A stretch of 61,833 nt of DNA, filler included, from Choristocarpus tenellus KU-1152 (GCA_964200185.2; 10 parts of 10 records of this genome joined end to end with filler, not necessarily neighbours in it), one strand, 5' to 3'. Shown: positions 16,514 to 30,440, numbered from the whole stretch's first letter. The notes: generated from the sequence alone by a model not told the origin. A program made the numbers and translations.

Positions 16514-18736
16514 TGCTCTTGTGTTGCTGTATTGAGCCTTTGTGTCATGTGTTGTGCTGCTTCTACCACTAACGGTCTTCTATTTGTTACTGTTTATGTC
16601 ATAATAACTAATAATGAAGTGATGGTGAGTGTTTTAACTCAAGCTTGTGGATTTGTTGATTACAATATTGTTATTATTGATATTGGGAGTCTGGGAGTGG
16701 GAAGCCATTTGTACTGCACTTCATGTATAATGAACGTTTTAAGGATTGAACTTGATACTCCAAGTAACAGCCGATCACCAAAATTGAGGATGGAGAATTT
16801 TATGGAGGATGGGTTTGACCGAAAATGGTGCGCGAAAAGTGCCTATATGTTTTTTTTGTAAATATTGCGGCACGTTTGAAGGGCCAAGCTAAGAATGGGA
16901 TATATTTTTGTTCAAAAATATTTCGGTGCATGTGGAGGGCACCGCTACGATTTGGAAGCGACCTTGAGCAAGCCAAAGGTACAAGGACAGACGAACCCCA
17001 CGGGGGGGGAGCCGGTAACGGTTTGGCATGCTTCTATGTATGGTACACTACATATTGTTTTATACAGTACATACATACATGCATACATGCATACATACGT
17101 CTTCTTCCACTAGTTATGAATGTTTATTCAAGGGTGATGTGGTTTGTACATGAAAGGCATAGATAGGTCACATCCACAAAAAAACTAACCAAGTCAATAA
17201 AGAAGAACGAACACATGTTTCATACCATACATACATGCGAACCTTGTACTTCATATATATATTTTTTGGTTTAATGACTGTTATTATCGGGTAATTTTGA
17301 CACGCTTAGTAAGCAAGGTCAGTCACAAAGGAGTCAGTCACTACATTGAGTCGATCTCGTGATCATCTTTCATGTTAGAGGCGGTACGTATGTACGTAGT
17401 GGCCAATCTTCATACCAGAGGCGGCGTCAACCTACACTTTGACATTATTATTATTATTGGTAATGAAAAAAAGTATGTATACAATGAACAGGACACAACA
17501 GACAACGGTGAGAGTTTCTCGTTCGCCGGCACGCTTAGCATGCTGACTTGCCTTTAACGTACGTATGTATATCCTCCACCACCGCATAGTCGGGTGAATT
17601 AAGCTCCTCCACCTTTCGTTCCCCCCCTGCCATGCTAATGCAGTCGCCTTTTTGAGTACAACAAGCGGCTGAGCGTGTCGGGGAGATAGATGAAAGATCA
17701 CACAAAATAAAAGAAATTACATCTATGTACAGCGTCTTGGGGGACTCCGCTGTTACGACAACATGACAACACTGCTCACAAGTACTAGCAGCTAGCTTTT
17801 CTAAATGCTACTGGCATCAGATATGTTGGCAATTGCAAGCATACNNNNNNNNNNNNNNNNNNNNNNNNNNNNNNNNNNNNNNNNNNNNTTAATTAATTAA
17901 NNNNNNNNNNNNNNNNNNNNNNNNNNNNNNNNNNNNNNNNNNNNCCCCCCCCCTTCACATCCTCCCCCTTTAGCTCTTTTGTTCTTGTGTTTTGTTGGGG
18001 GAGTGCTCACAGTTGGTATGGTTTAATTTGTGCAGGTGTATGGCATTATTCCGAGTAGCTAGGCTACTCTGCTGTACTTTGTAAACCTTGTATCTTTAGA
18101 TCAGTCTTGTGTTTAGGTGCACCTGCCAGTGTAGTATGCTCGCTTCGTTATAGTTCACTAGTACAAAGTGACATGTTTTTTACATGGTGTATGGAGTTGG
18201 ATTCAGGTTGAGGTAAGATCGTAGGTGAGATCCCTGCACCACACTGTTGATTCTGTTTATGCAAGGTCAAGGTCAGCATGTGGAAGCACAGCAAACTCTG
18301 AAGTTTTCGCTTTTGTCTTTGCATGTTATTATTATATTTGTCACTGAATGAACAGTCGTACAGTTACACAAGGGGTCTAAGTTACTACAAGATGGTTCCT
18401 GTTTTCAGTTCAAGTTGGAGTCAGGGGTGCTTGTTTCATTTGTTGAGTGTTGTTATTTTGATAAGGAACTCCTGTTGATAAGTCGTAGCTTACACATGGA
18501 ATGACTTCGTCACCTGGCCTTGCTGCATGTTGTTGGGATGTTTTTGTTTTTTACACGCATTTGTTTTGCCCTGTGTTTACCTATTTTGAATTGTGCTCAT
18601 CATGGAATGCATGTGATGTACGCGGACAATGCTTTTGAACTCATGTTGGGGTGGGGGTGGTGTGTGTGTGTCATGGTCTCTGGTGATGTTCATTGTGGTG
18701 CTGCCTTTCTGTGCTGTGCCTGTGGGTACGTTTCAG

Positions 18737-21700
18737 CTCTGTAGCAAGAGTCACAAGACTATCGCGGTGGTGTTCCAGATGCTACGGACACTGTGCATGG
18801 TCCTTGATGGGGGTCTAGACGACTACATGCCAGGCTTAATTGAGAACAGTCACCGGTGCTTGCAGGACAAAAACCAGGTGTAATGTGCTCTCCGTCTTGT
18901 ACCTGTAGAGCAAAATTGGGGGGGGGGGGGAGGGCACGATATGAGGAAGTTGCTGATTNNNNNNNNGGGGGGGGGGAGGGCAGTAGATGAAGAAGTTGCC
19001 GATTTTAGCGGTTGCTGTAAAGGTTATCAGTTGGCTACATAGTATGGCAGTAATTGAGAGTAGGGTGTATGGCAATTACAGTATACTGGCAAAAAAAACT
19101 GACAATATTTTCTGTGTTGTCTGGCATACTTCTGGTATGTCTGCTGTATTGAAGTTGCAAAGATGAACTCAGTGCAATTTTCATTTCACCACAGGTGCAG
19201 CTCTTGAGTTGTGTGATTGGTTTTTATTGGAATATTGTGCTTTCACTGTCATACAAACCAATAAAGTAGCGGTCTACGACCCATTCGCTGTGCAACCTCC
19301 TTTACCCTGTTTTTTTTTTTCGTATCAATTGGTTTTCATGAACAGTGTACACTAATTGGTTCTCATGCATAGTGTACACTAATTGGTTCTCATATATAGT
19401 GTACACTAATTGGTTGTCATACATAGTGTACACTAATTGGTTCTCATGCATAGTGTACACTAATTGTTTCTCGTGCATAGTATACACTAATTGTTTCTCG
19501 TGCATAGTGTACACTAATTGTTTCTCGTGCATAGTGTACACTAATTGGTTCTCATGCATAGTGTACACTAATTGGTTCTCATGCATAGTGTACACTAATT
19601 GGTTCTCATGCATAGTGTAGACTATGGTGTAAGAAATTGCTATGACCGCAGAATTGTTGCAATGGAGTTGCCCCTCTTCATGTGGGTGGATAATCTACTT
19701 TCAGTGTGTCATGCGACAGAATGGATCTCACTTGGTAGAGGCTCTTCAAAGCCTCCATTATTATTCTCCCTTGTAATCATCCCACTTGAGTTCCTTGATG
19801 TGCTCCTTTTCTTCTGCCTTTGTTTAGTCTGAAATAGTTGCTTCCTCCCTTTTCCCCGCCACTGTATGTGCTTTGGAAATGTGGAAGGGCTGGTGGAGAA
19901 CTTTGAAATCACTACAGAGTACAGCAGACCAGGTTGTACAAGGCGTCTTGAATCTTTCCTGCCCTGAAGTCCATTAGAATTCGCTCCAAGTAATCATCAC
20001 ACAAGTTAATGATCCTCATCCATTTTTTCTCACTTAACCAGGGTCTGAAGTTGGAGGCTCTCTTGTTCCTCCGATTGAGCATGGAAAAGCACCACCCCAA
20101 TGTGTTCCGATCTACAATCCAAACTACCATTGAGCATGTCAGTGCCTGCGTGGCTGAGGATTGGTACAAGGTGAGGTGGATGCATTCTGATGGCATACAA
20201 TTCCTGACCAGTTACAGGTAGCTTTTCAAAATATTTATGCCTTTTTGTTGCTGGAGCAGTTTCTTCTTACCCTATCCCTTTCCCCTACACACTCACACAC
20301 ACACACACACACACACTTCCTCTTCCTTAACCTGGTCAGATTATTGCAGAGGCGTTGCGGGTGGTGGGAAGCATTGTGATGATCATCCGTCCACGGTCAG
20401 GGGATGGCATGGATGACAGCTTTGCATATGGCCCCCTGGTGATGCCTCTTTACAAGGCTATCTTCCCAAGGCTCTCTGCTCACGATATTGACCAGGTTTG
20501 TGTGTGTCACTCCCCCTAACCTATTTATTTGAATCCCTCCTCCAACTCGCAAAAATCTTTCATGCATCTGGGGTTGGACCTCTTGAATTACTCATTCAAT
20601 AATAATAATAGCAATAAATATAGCGATGACACAGTTTGATCTCAGCTTTAGAAGAGTCCACACTTTCCACACAACAGATCAGCTATAGTGCTAGGTAGAT
20701 ATGTTATTCTCCCTCTGGTATACACTGTAAGTAATAAATTAGCACCAGATGTTGACCCTCAACCTAGTGGACTTCATTGTTGTCCATTTTTCAATTTTTA
20801 AAGGTTGAATTTATTCTGATGAGTTGTTAACTCAAAGTGTGTCATGTCAGGCTCTGTTGCTTCTTGCTTGTCTTCCGTCGTTTTTCTTCTTTTTTCCATA
20901 ATCTTACATATATTGGAAGGCGAGTCTGGCTGATGGGTTGATGTCGTACTCATAATTTAGGAACTCATTCATATTGTAGGCAGGGTAGTGGTGCACACTA
21001 ATGACTCATGGGTTATTGGATGTGCTTAGTGAGTTCGGTTATGTGACTTCCCCACCCTCCGTACTCTAAAGTAAGAACAAGGACTATTGAGTACTCGCTT
21101 GAAGGATGAAACATTTTTAGAAGATTTGGAAATGTTATCAAATGGATTGATGAGGAAGTATTATGGTATTGAATGAAACCTTCTGTTCTCGGCGGCATTT
21201 TACTTTTTGCAAAGAGAGGAGTTGGAAAAATTAGAGCTATTTTGAGTGAATCATATTTCTGTCAAAACTGTTTCGTAGACTTCCGAAAATGGTTCTATTC
21301 AAATAGAATCCACACTTTTCTTTTTAAAATTTCTTCTGAATTTGTGTGTGCGTGTTTTTTTTTTTAAGGAAGTGGAGGCAGTTTTATTTCTTTCAACTTT
21401 TTTGTTTGTTGGATTTTTTTTTATAAATTAACATCTGATGTAGTAGTTACCAACAAGTGCATTCATATAGATTTTATATTCTTTACTGTATGTGACATAG
21501 AAAGGAAGATGAGACGGTGTCTCAATCTGAGATGTGGAGTTAGGAATTTGTCAGTGACCAGTATATCAAATGAACGCCTGTAATCTCAGCTCTTGACTTG
21601 TGCAAAAACGGAATGCCCCTTTTTTTTTATTGTCGTGTTACGTTTTCCCAGCACTTTTTGTGTCAATGTCAGATTTGTTTATCAGTACTTCTGAGATCCC

Positions 21701-24700
21701 CTTTTACGAAGCTGATAACTTTTATTTGTAGAAATGGTTTGCTGACATGACAATTTTTGTTTGATGATCCGCACATGAATTAATTAGATGGTGAACATCT
21801 GCAATCATATCAAAACTGGTATGTGAGCTATAGCACAATACAAATAGCTATTCTAGATATCAGTATGGTATATTAAAAAAACATTTTCAGCATTCAAAAA
21901 GGCAACTTGTGGAAGGAGGATCGCAATACAATCATTTTTGGTGGTGAAATTCGTTCTGGGGTTAGATACAGGCAAAACGTCCAATGGGAGGACATACAGA
22001 CAGATGTCCAAGTATGGTTATTTTGGTATGGATTTTGTTGATTGTTGAGGGAACCAACTACCAAAATTCTTATTGTTGATGGAGCTCTAATATGGCAGAG
22101 GATGAAGAGATGAACACATCATACCCATTTTCATGTTAATTTTTGTTTTTGCTGATAAAAAGATTTGGTAAGACCAAGTTCATCCTTAAAGCGATCTATT
22201 CTGCAATATGTCAATTTATCTTGGTTTGATGGAATCTTGGTGACTTAAGTCATTAATGAATAGTGTGTAATTGCTGTTTAATGAGACCACTAACTATACT
22301 GTTTAATGAGGTCAATTACTTGTGATGTGGCAATCAAATTCTCAGTAGTATTGATGGCGGTAATCTTTGACATTGCTTCAAGGTTGTGGTGCTTTTCTGG
22401 GTAGGTTAAGCATGTCCATACCTTGCCTTACATGACTCGTGGGTGACAATCCTCTTTCTACACTGGGTATTTGATGATTTGGTGTTGTTTGTTGACCTGT
22501 TTATTATTTTTCGACCAGTTTATTGAACTTGGATGTGTTTCTGTTGTGTGTCTGTGTCTGTGTTTGCAGGAGATCAAGGAATGTGCAATCACGTCCATGG
22601 GGTTGTTATTGGCACACCTGGCCTCAGAGCTTAGTGCACAGCTGCCAGAGGTGTGCTTAAGTGCCTGCCCAGTGCAACTTGATGTGTGGTTGTACTATCT
22701 TTTTATTGTTTTTGACATTGATGGTTGAAGTGGACATACAAGCTCTAATTTTGTGTGTCTGTAGTGACATGTAAGTTGTTGATTAGTATGTTGGTGTCAA
22801 CAAGATGACCCCCTCTCATCCTGCACTGCCTACAGTTACAGATAGGGATTGATAGTATGGTGTTTCAGTGATTCTTCCTTATTTCTATGGTTCCTCCCAA
22901 ACATATGTTTGATCCCCTACTCTCAACCCTAATCTCTCCCGACCTCCTTAAAATGGCAGATGCTAACCTGATCACTGTTGGTCTAAGACTGTCTTCAGCC
23001 CCTCCCCCCCCCCCCCACACACACACACAATGTACACACTTGGTCATAAAGTTCTTGCCGGGATGGCACACTACATATCAATATCTATGGATTGGTTGTG
23101 TATTGAATATGTAGGTGTTGAGCTTGCTAATGGATCGCCTGCGGAATGAGATAACCCGTATGTCAACACTCAAGGCCCTGGCTCTTGTATCAACTAGTCC
23201 ATTGGAGGTAGACATTAGTTCCATATTGGCTCCTGCCACAGAGGAGCTGGCCATGTTCCTCAGGCAGCAGTCACGAACACTCAAGCAGACCACCCTGGAG
23301 ACATTCTTGGCCCTAATTGGCAGGTGAAGTTTGTTGGGGGGAGGGGAGGGGGAAGGGGGACAAGCTTCTGTCTGTGATAGAAATTAAGTATAGGGCAGGG
23401 GAGTTGGTATTGGGACTTGGAAAGGCTTTTTTCCGGTTAGAGGAATTCCCAGGGCTTGAACCCCTTTCATCTTCATATTTCATTTCTAACAAAACTGATT
23501 TTGATGATCCAAAAGTCAATGTAGTAATCACCGCAGTTAGTGCACCTTCACTGTTATCACATAGATCACACTAAACCAATGCCCTTATCACTGAAAGGTG
23601 GTCATTGTTGAAGAGTTTTGAGATTGCTACTGCTTCCAACCCCTAGCCATTTTGCTGAACTAAATGGAAGTTGTACTGCCTGTCTCATTTTATTTATTCA
23701 TGTTTTCTTTTGTATTACTGGAAATCATTCTCATACAGTAACCATGCAAAGGTGGGCTCAGCATTGTTTGCACTGGTACTGAAGGAGGCATCCATGCTTG
23801 TGTCTGACTCAGATCTGCACCTAGGGCATCTGAGGTCAGTGGGGAGGGCTGGAGGGAAAAGGGCAGTGTGCATTTGGTCTAGCTCGATTGATTGAGAGAT
23901 GGTGGAGTTCTGTTCATGTCTAGGGTTCAAGGTTTGAAACTGAATTCCGGCAGTTAAAATTTGATTGGGGGGGCAGTTCTGCTTTTTGGAAAGTGGCAAG
24001 GCTCCTTCCTCACTTTCGGTTTCTGTTTCATCTTTGCATCATTTTTATTTTTATTTTTTACTGTTCCTGTTATCTCTTGTTCACCTGTTAGACCTACTCA
24101 CCCTCTTAACATACTCTCTTCATTTTATTATGTTTTTTATTTATTTGTAGATTGCACAGATGATTTATCGCTGCAGCTCCAACAGGTTGTGTTTGCATAA
24201 CCTTGTTGACATTTCCCGGCTACGTGCCTTTCCTCTATCTTGTCCTTGCCTACTACAGCCTGAAGGTATCCTGCTGCATTCTCAAGGTTTCGCCGTCATC
24301 GGCAAAGGTCGTAGGGGAGGAGTTACTCCCCCTTGCCCTTGAGCTCTGTGCGTCGCCTCTACTGCAGGGGCTGGCTCTCCGCTCTCTCCTGGAATTGTTC
24401 CAGGTGTGTGCTGACCCAACTCCTGCTCTACATGCCAAAGTCCAATCATTAGAGTAATGTCATCGAAGAATGATGGGTGTTCTTGCCATGAATAGAAATA
24501 TTGACGAGAAAGGGGTGTGTGGCACAGGGCAAGTGCATTCGTCATGTTTATGAGTGACATAAAAGTTGTCCTTTTTTGATATACCTGTTGCTTTTCATGG
24601 TGTGTTAGTTAGCCCTTGCTTGATCTTGGCATCAGACAGGTTTTTGTAGTGCTTATGCCTGCATTGTGGTGATGTGCCTTTGATGTTGAGCTGTGCCTGT

Positions 24701-27700
24701 TGTGGCTGCGAGTGAGTGTGTGATGTTCTTGCTGTTGATACAGCTGTTGTACTTGCTTGAGGCACAGGCTAGAATGGACCAAGGAAACAGGTCTGTGGAT
24801 GTCAGAAATAGAAATAGGAATAGAGTGACTGGCCAATCTGGTGGATGTTTAATTGAGAGCTGATTTGCTTTTGCTTTTGGTCCAAAGGCTCAATATGTTG
24901 TGTGAAGCTCATGAAGAACATACCATTTTTGTTCAAAACCTTACGACTTTTGTATGTGATGCGGGTTGATGCTACGTTGTGTGCTTGTTAGGTGTCCTGC
25001 TACAGAAGTAAAGGAGTGCGACTCATTTTAAAACACTTCTCCACCTGCTATTCACCCAGCTTGTTTTTTTGAGCAAGTTTAGCCTGCATGAGTTGTAAGA
25101 AAGGTCGTGTCAGAGTTACTCCTTGAGTGACGTTGACAGAGACAAGACAGGCAGTGAAGAAGCGTTCTCTTGGGATTACAAGCTGCGGTGGGTATGTTTG
25201 GGGCTTGAGGAGTTTCATTTTTGAGGGAAATGTTAAACATGTCCACACCAGGAGTGATACCAATGACCTCCAATACCCCACATCTATTGTTTGTCAGGTG
25301 CTTGTGGGAATTAACCATCCTGGCCTTGGATTTGAGGAATTGATGTCATCGCTGCAGTCAACTGTAGTGCAGGGAGGGCCTGACATCCCTAAGCAGGCGA
25401 TTGCCAACATTGCAAGGTGAGATAGCTGGCTGCCGCCCGCCCCTCCCGCCCCCTCCCCCCCCTCCCCCTCATGTATACAGTATGCATTCAGGAATTCAAG
25501 TGACAAGTAGTTAGCATGGTTGAGCCTCAGTGATGTTCAGACAAGGGAGATGCTATAGTTGCAACAAGGTTCAGATTTATTGGATTGCTTCCACCCCTCA
25601 CACCCTTTCCATTCCTTTCATCTTCCCATGCCTATTGTAATATCCCTTATCAAATGCATTTACTCACACACTTCCGCACATATATATATATTGAACTCCA
25701 CCTGGTCTCCTCCCCTTCCCCCCCTCTTCCCAACCCAACCTGCCCACTGCACATGACCAAATAAGGTGCATGGCTGTGTTGTGTGCTCAGGCTAATGAGG
25801 ACACCCGTGGGAACACTGTGGCCTCCCTCGTGAAGGATATGAAGGGGGAAAATGAGACAAAGAAACACCTTGCACTACTGGTGCTGGGGGAACTGGGACG
25901 GCAAACAGACTTGAGCAGGGTCACTGACCTTCAGGCAAGAGCATGCTCCCTGCCACGTGGTTGATGCCTTCCTGACTTGGTCGTTTTTGAGTACTTTTTT
26001 GGGTAGGAAATGGTGGAGACAACTCCCCATCCTCCCGTCCCACTCCCAGTCTTTTACCTTGCAAATGTACTCAGTTTACACAGACAAGGTGTACCCTTCT
26101 TGTAGTTTTTCTGTGTTTGTAGATTGTCTTTGCAAATTGTCTTCACCTTTACAAAGGGAGTCCACCTGGATTACCTTTTTTTTGTATGAGTATGGCTGTT
26201 CTGTTCTATTTTTGGCTGTACGTGTTGGGCAGAAGCGTTTGTGTGTGGTGTGTCTGATGTGGTCACTTAGGGTCATTTTGGTCATTTTTGTGGTGCATTA
26301 TGATTCCAGTGTCACATGTTCTGGTTTGTGCTTACCCTTGTGTCTCCCTTGTTGCAATAGGGTATAATCTTGAGTACCTTTGAAACTGGAATTGAGGAGA
26401 CCAAGACTGCTGCTGCATACTCCCTTGGACACATGGCTGTGGGAAACATGACCAAGTGAGCAACAATGCAGTGATGATGGATATTTCACTGCTCTGTAGA
26501 TATGATGGTTGTTATCACAGTGCAGATTGTGAAGTATGGTGCCGTAACTGGTACATGTCAGGACCACTGCACGTATTGTTTTGTACTCTAGAGCTGGAGT
26601 AGACCAATGTAGAGAGAATGTTCAAATTTTTTATACTGTTTGATAATACAAAAAAAAAATCAAGATGTACATGGAGCACTAACATTACAGGTAGTTAACA
26701 GCAGTGCACATAGGTTGGAATATCTTTTTTTGGAGTTGAGTGGAGGTGTTGTACATCGTTCCCACCCACCACCACCCCCTCCACCATTTTCCTTTTCCCT
26801 TGGGTGGTGGTCCTGTCTTGGGTGTAGTGTGCGCCTGACTCCTCAATGACGCATTGGCGTTTGTTAGTGGATCTACCCAGTTCTGTACAGGAACGGTTTT
26901 GTAAACCAGTGGACCTCCTATTGTCTACTATGCTGGATACCAAAGGGTTTATCAAGGATGTTGAGCTAGCGTTGAGTTGAATGGCTATTGCATAGCACTT
27001 TTACAGCAAGTGGCATAAAGAACCTATTCTCCCTGGCCTATCCCTCACCCTGGACCTGTGAACTTGAACTAAAGGTACTTGCCAGTGATCCTGGACACAC
27101 TAGAGAAGTCTCGGCATCAGTACCTCCTACTCTCTTCCCTGAAGGAGGTTATCATTTGCCATTCACAGGCAGAGGGGTTGGACTTCTCTGTGTATGTTGA
27201 CCAGGTGGGTGGGAATGGAGGAGGGGGTCAGGGGAGGGGAATGACTTTTGCCTTGTCTTCAAGGGCATGAGAACATGTTTTTTCGACTCCAGAGTTTTGT
27301 AGGATAATATTAATGATACCCACAACCTAGTATGCTGTCTCCGTTGATGGACGCTTGGGTCTCATGATGTTGCCTTGAGTCATCATAGAGAGCTGATGTG
27401 AGGGTCTTTCAAGGACGGCAAATCAGGAGGGAGACAAAACCAGAGGTTCACATCATTTCATACTATGGTTTGATTATCCCCCCCCCCCCCAAAGTTGTTG
27501 TGCACCTTTAGTTCTTTGAAGTAGTATAGTACAGCAGCTAGGGCTTAAGTGATACACAGAAAGTGATGGAGGCCCTGTCCTGGAATTCCCTCTCCAGCTG
27601 CACCACTTTCAACCTTTTCATATTGTTTTTTTTTGGAACTCAGGTTCTTCCACACCTCTTCCGTCACTGTGAGAGTGAGGAGGAAGGCGTTCGCAACATG

Positions 27701-27801
27701 GTAGCGGAGTGTTTAGGTGCCCTAGCTACAATGCACCCCAAACGGATTGTACCGGAGCTTACAAAGCTGCCGGCTAGCAAGGACAATAACCCTCTCCCAC
27801 T
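18737..27801 (+). CDS. CAND1: Cullin-associated NEDD8-dissociated protein 1 (HEAT repeats), 12 internal exons, partial at both ends
   Basis: Exons 18737-18877, 20042-20170, 20340-20495, 22570-22650, 23115-23323, 23739-23834, 24259-24403, 25298-25416, 25766-25934, 26361-26455, 27075-27204 and 27644-27801 join in frame. Hallmarks: [81 protein letters not shown]. Confidence 0.95.
19327..19619. repeat. 27-bp minisatellite, about 11 units, in a CAND1 intron
   Basis: Unit GTGTACACTAATTGGTTCTCATGCATA recurs every 27 bp from 19345 to 19615. Confidence 0.95.
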
Positions 27802-27976
27802 GTGAGTATTCCTGCTCCTCCCTCCCTAACCCCCCCCTCCGAATACCTCCAATTATGGCCTACCTTAATTTTGCAGNNNNNNNNNNNNNNNNNNNNNNNN
27901 NNNNNNNNNNNNNNNNNNNNTTAATTAATTAANNNNNNNNNNNNNNNNNNNNNNNNNNNNNNNNNNNNNNNNNNNN

Positions 27977-28156
27977 GACCCAAAGTATCTGGGGGGGGGG
28001 GGGGGTCTTTACCAAAGTGTCCATTTGGACCAACACCAGGAAAAGTGCACTTACGTTATCCATCCAACGTATGGAATCAAACCACCCAAAAATCGCGACA
28101 TGAAAAATTTAGCTCCAAATGGACAGCCATCCCCCCCCCCCCAGATACTTTGACCC
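27977..28156. mobile_element. MITE family A copy abutting the hAT transposase relic
   Basis: GACCCAAAGTATCTGGGG … CCCCAGATACTTTGACCC, with the same internal sequence as the other copies. Confidence 0.9.
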
Positions 28157-28890
28157 ACTATGTCAGGGAGCACATGGAGGAAGCAGGATGTGTAGAAATC
28201 GATGCGTTCAAGGTTGCAGGAGGGCTCCCCGCAATTGATTTGGACAGTGGAGCTTACAACGACTCACTCAAGTGGTGGCGAGAAAGGTGTTCAAAATTTG
28301 TGCACCTGCCAAATTTACCCGCTAGATTTTGACCATTCTTGCTATACAACCAGGCTCTGAACAAGTGTTTTCAACAGCTGGGGGAATATTGTGACTTCCA
28401 AACGGAACAGACTGGACCCAGAAAGTGCGCACCATTTTGTGTTCCTTCGCAACAACACCTGGACGAAGAAGGCGGATGAATGGGAGGCTGGGAAGAAAGG
28501 CAGCAGAAACGACAACCCCCTGAAAATTGTAGGAGCAACGCGCAGCCACAACCTACACAATTTGAAAATATATATAACAACTGTCAGGGATAATGTACAT
28601 AATTTCTCATTTCATAACCTTCCTCTTGACAACTCTTTAGTCCATTTTTTTCTTCAAAACTCAAAACGTGCATGTAATAATATTCTCCCATGCAACACAC
28701 CAAGATGTATCTAGCAGGGGGAAAAGAGGATGCAATCTTGAGTACCTCAAGAAAGTTTCACCTCCAGCAGATCCCCTCACCTGCTGGGGGGTACGTTTGC
28801 CTCGCAGCTCTGCGGATCTAGCACGCTTTGTACATGGTTCGATTATGATCGAGCACATCGAATTTTTTTGAGCCGAGTTTACTTCCACTT
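28157..28890 (+). mobile_element. Decayed hAT transposon 3' part (C-terminal dimerisation domain, frameshifted)
   Basis: Read across frameshifts: DSLKWWRERCSKF…LPARF / LAIQPGSEQVFSTAG / TSKRNRLDPESAHHFVFLRNN. This is the hATC pattern (WW…LA…L.IP..S..ER.FS.AG…KR.RL…FL..N). A TCGA-rich, subterminal-like stretch lies at ~28838-28890. Confidence 0.8.
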
Positions 28891-28994
28891 ATATATTCTT
28901 TCAATTCATAACAATAATATAATATCATTGCTCTTTCACTATTCCGTCGGTTTCTGACCGTTAATTTTTGTCCACCCTTGTTTATTGATATATG

Positions 28995-29170
28995 GGAGGA
29001 GGACAGGTTCGCCAACACACACCGATGGTGAAGAGTTTAGGTCAACACCGCAAAGGAGTGGGTATCCCTTGTATTACAGGGTGGAAGTCTCGGTAGGACC
29101 TCCATGTTACAGCGCGCCCCCGAACTCGCCTCCACAGGATGTGTTACTCAAATCCAACGACCTTAAAACG
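28995..29170. repeat. Dispersed repeat; second copy at ~33313-33480
   Basis: Both copies share GTCTCGGTAGGACCTCCA(T/A)GTTACAG…CAGGATGT…TCAAATCCAA. The second copy duplicates the 24-bp core. Confidence 0.6.
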
Positions 29171-29739
29171 ACGCTATGGGGACGTTGCCCTTGGTAACAG
29201 TTTGTAGGGTGTCAGATAGCCTTCTCTCTTGATATTCCACTCAGTGCTTAGCTCAATGCTCGACTCAAAAGTTTCGTTCAAGATAAAAGGACTGGTAAGA
29301 GAGGTAAAAGTGTTTTCACTAAAAGCCCTCTTATTATTTTCATCATCCACCCAATTTCTTTGGTCTTCTATGCAACTGCTCTATACGCACTCCAATCATA
29401 AACCTTTATTCTCCAACTTCTTAGGAACTTTGACATTTTCTTCTGTAATGTGACGTATGCATTACGAATCCTACTATGTATGTTCTATGAAATCAGCATT
29501 CATTCTGTAAGGCTACCTATGTGTTAAGTAACAACATTGTATATTGTTCGCAGTTGTTAGTACGTGAGAAACAATCCTCGCACTATTCATCTGTCACAAA
29601 CGTTCGTGTTTGCTAAAACATGAGAAGAAATGCTCGCGCTATTCGCGTGCAACAAATGCTCACATTTTGTTAGAACACAAGAAGAAATGCTCGCGCTATT
29701 TGCCTGTAACACTTATACTATGTAAGACGGTACCCCGTT

Positions 29740-30440
29740 TACACAGTGGACCGGAATTTCCGCATGGATCTGGTCTTCCAAGCTGGGGCACTTGCGGACG
29801 CTGGATCAGCTCCCTACTGGGACAAAAGTCTCCTTCTAGATGTTTTCGTTTGCAGAAGTGCAGGTAGCATCTCACCTTCCGCACTCGTCCACCAAGTGAT
29901 GGTGTAGCTGCTGCTGCAGCGGAGGCGCGAAAGTGCACCCACTATGAGGGCTCTTTTGACCCTGGTAGTTACAACCTCAACACCTTCACGGTGGAAAGTT
30001 TTGGGTGCGATGGTAAGCAAGCGGAAAGCTTTCTGTATGAGTTAGCTTACCCATGCGGTAGGGGGGAGGGGGATAGGAGGCTACAGGAGGAAAGGGGCTG
30101 TCAAATCCTGTCTACGACAGAAGGTCACTGTCGCAACACAAGTTGCTCTATCTCTAGATGTGTCATGCGTTCTAAGCTGGAGACACCAGGGAGATGGGCA
30201 AGGAGGGGCTTGTTAGATTCTTGGGATGCTTCCCTAGCTCATCACCCTGGGGTACAGGACTAATCTAGGTTGGAGGCGTAGGAGGGCAGCGGTGTAGCAT
30301 AGCTGATAGTAAAGTAGTAAATAGATGAATGTCACATTTACGACAACTGGTACTTGTTTAGTGGTTATTCTGACATTTGAATAGTCTTCTTCGGTTTTTC
30401 CCCGACACATCTGGATGATGTTAGAGAGAATAATAATATA
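29740..30440 (+). mobile_element. 5'-truncated RLE-type (CRE-like) non-LTR retrotransposon: endonuclease C-terminus, 3'UTR and (AAT)n tail
   Basis: Decayed translation RMDLVFQAGALADAGS…KSLLLDV…DGVAAAAAEARKCTHYEGSFDPGSYNLNTFTVESFG…GKQAESFLYELA…KS.LRQ.V.V.TQVALS. This fits the RLE C-terminus (R.D…DV…AE..K…Y…E..G) of CRE-like elements. Confidence 0.75.

Noticed and set aside
16167-16861. Hydrophobic ORFs resembling membrane proteins
   Set aside because: They are explained by GT-rich low-complexity sequence and a (GTA)n microsatellite downstream of TM9SF. No domain or consistent exon structure.
19327-19619. CRISPR-like array or repeat protein (ORFs MHENQLVYT and YTNWFSCIV)
   Set aside because: Units are contiguous with no unique spacers and no cas genes. 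The ORFs arise because the period is a multiple of 3, and the array sits inside a CAND1 intron.
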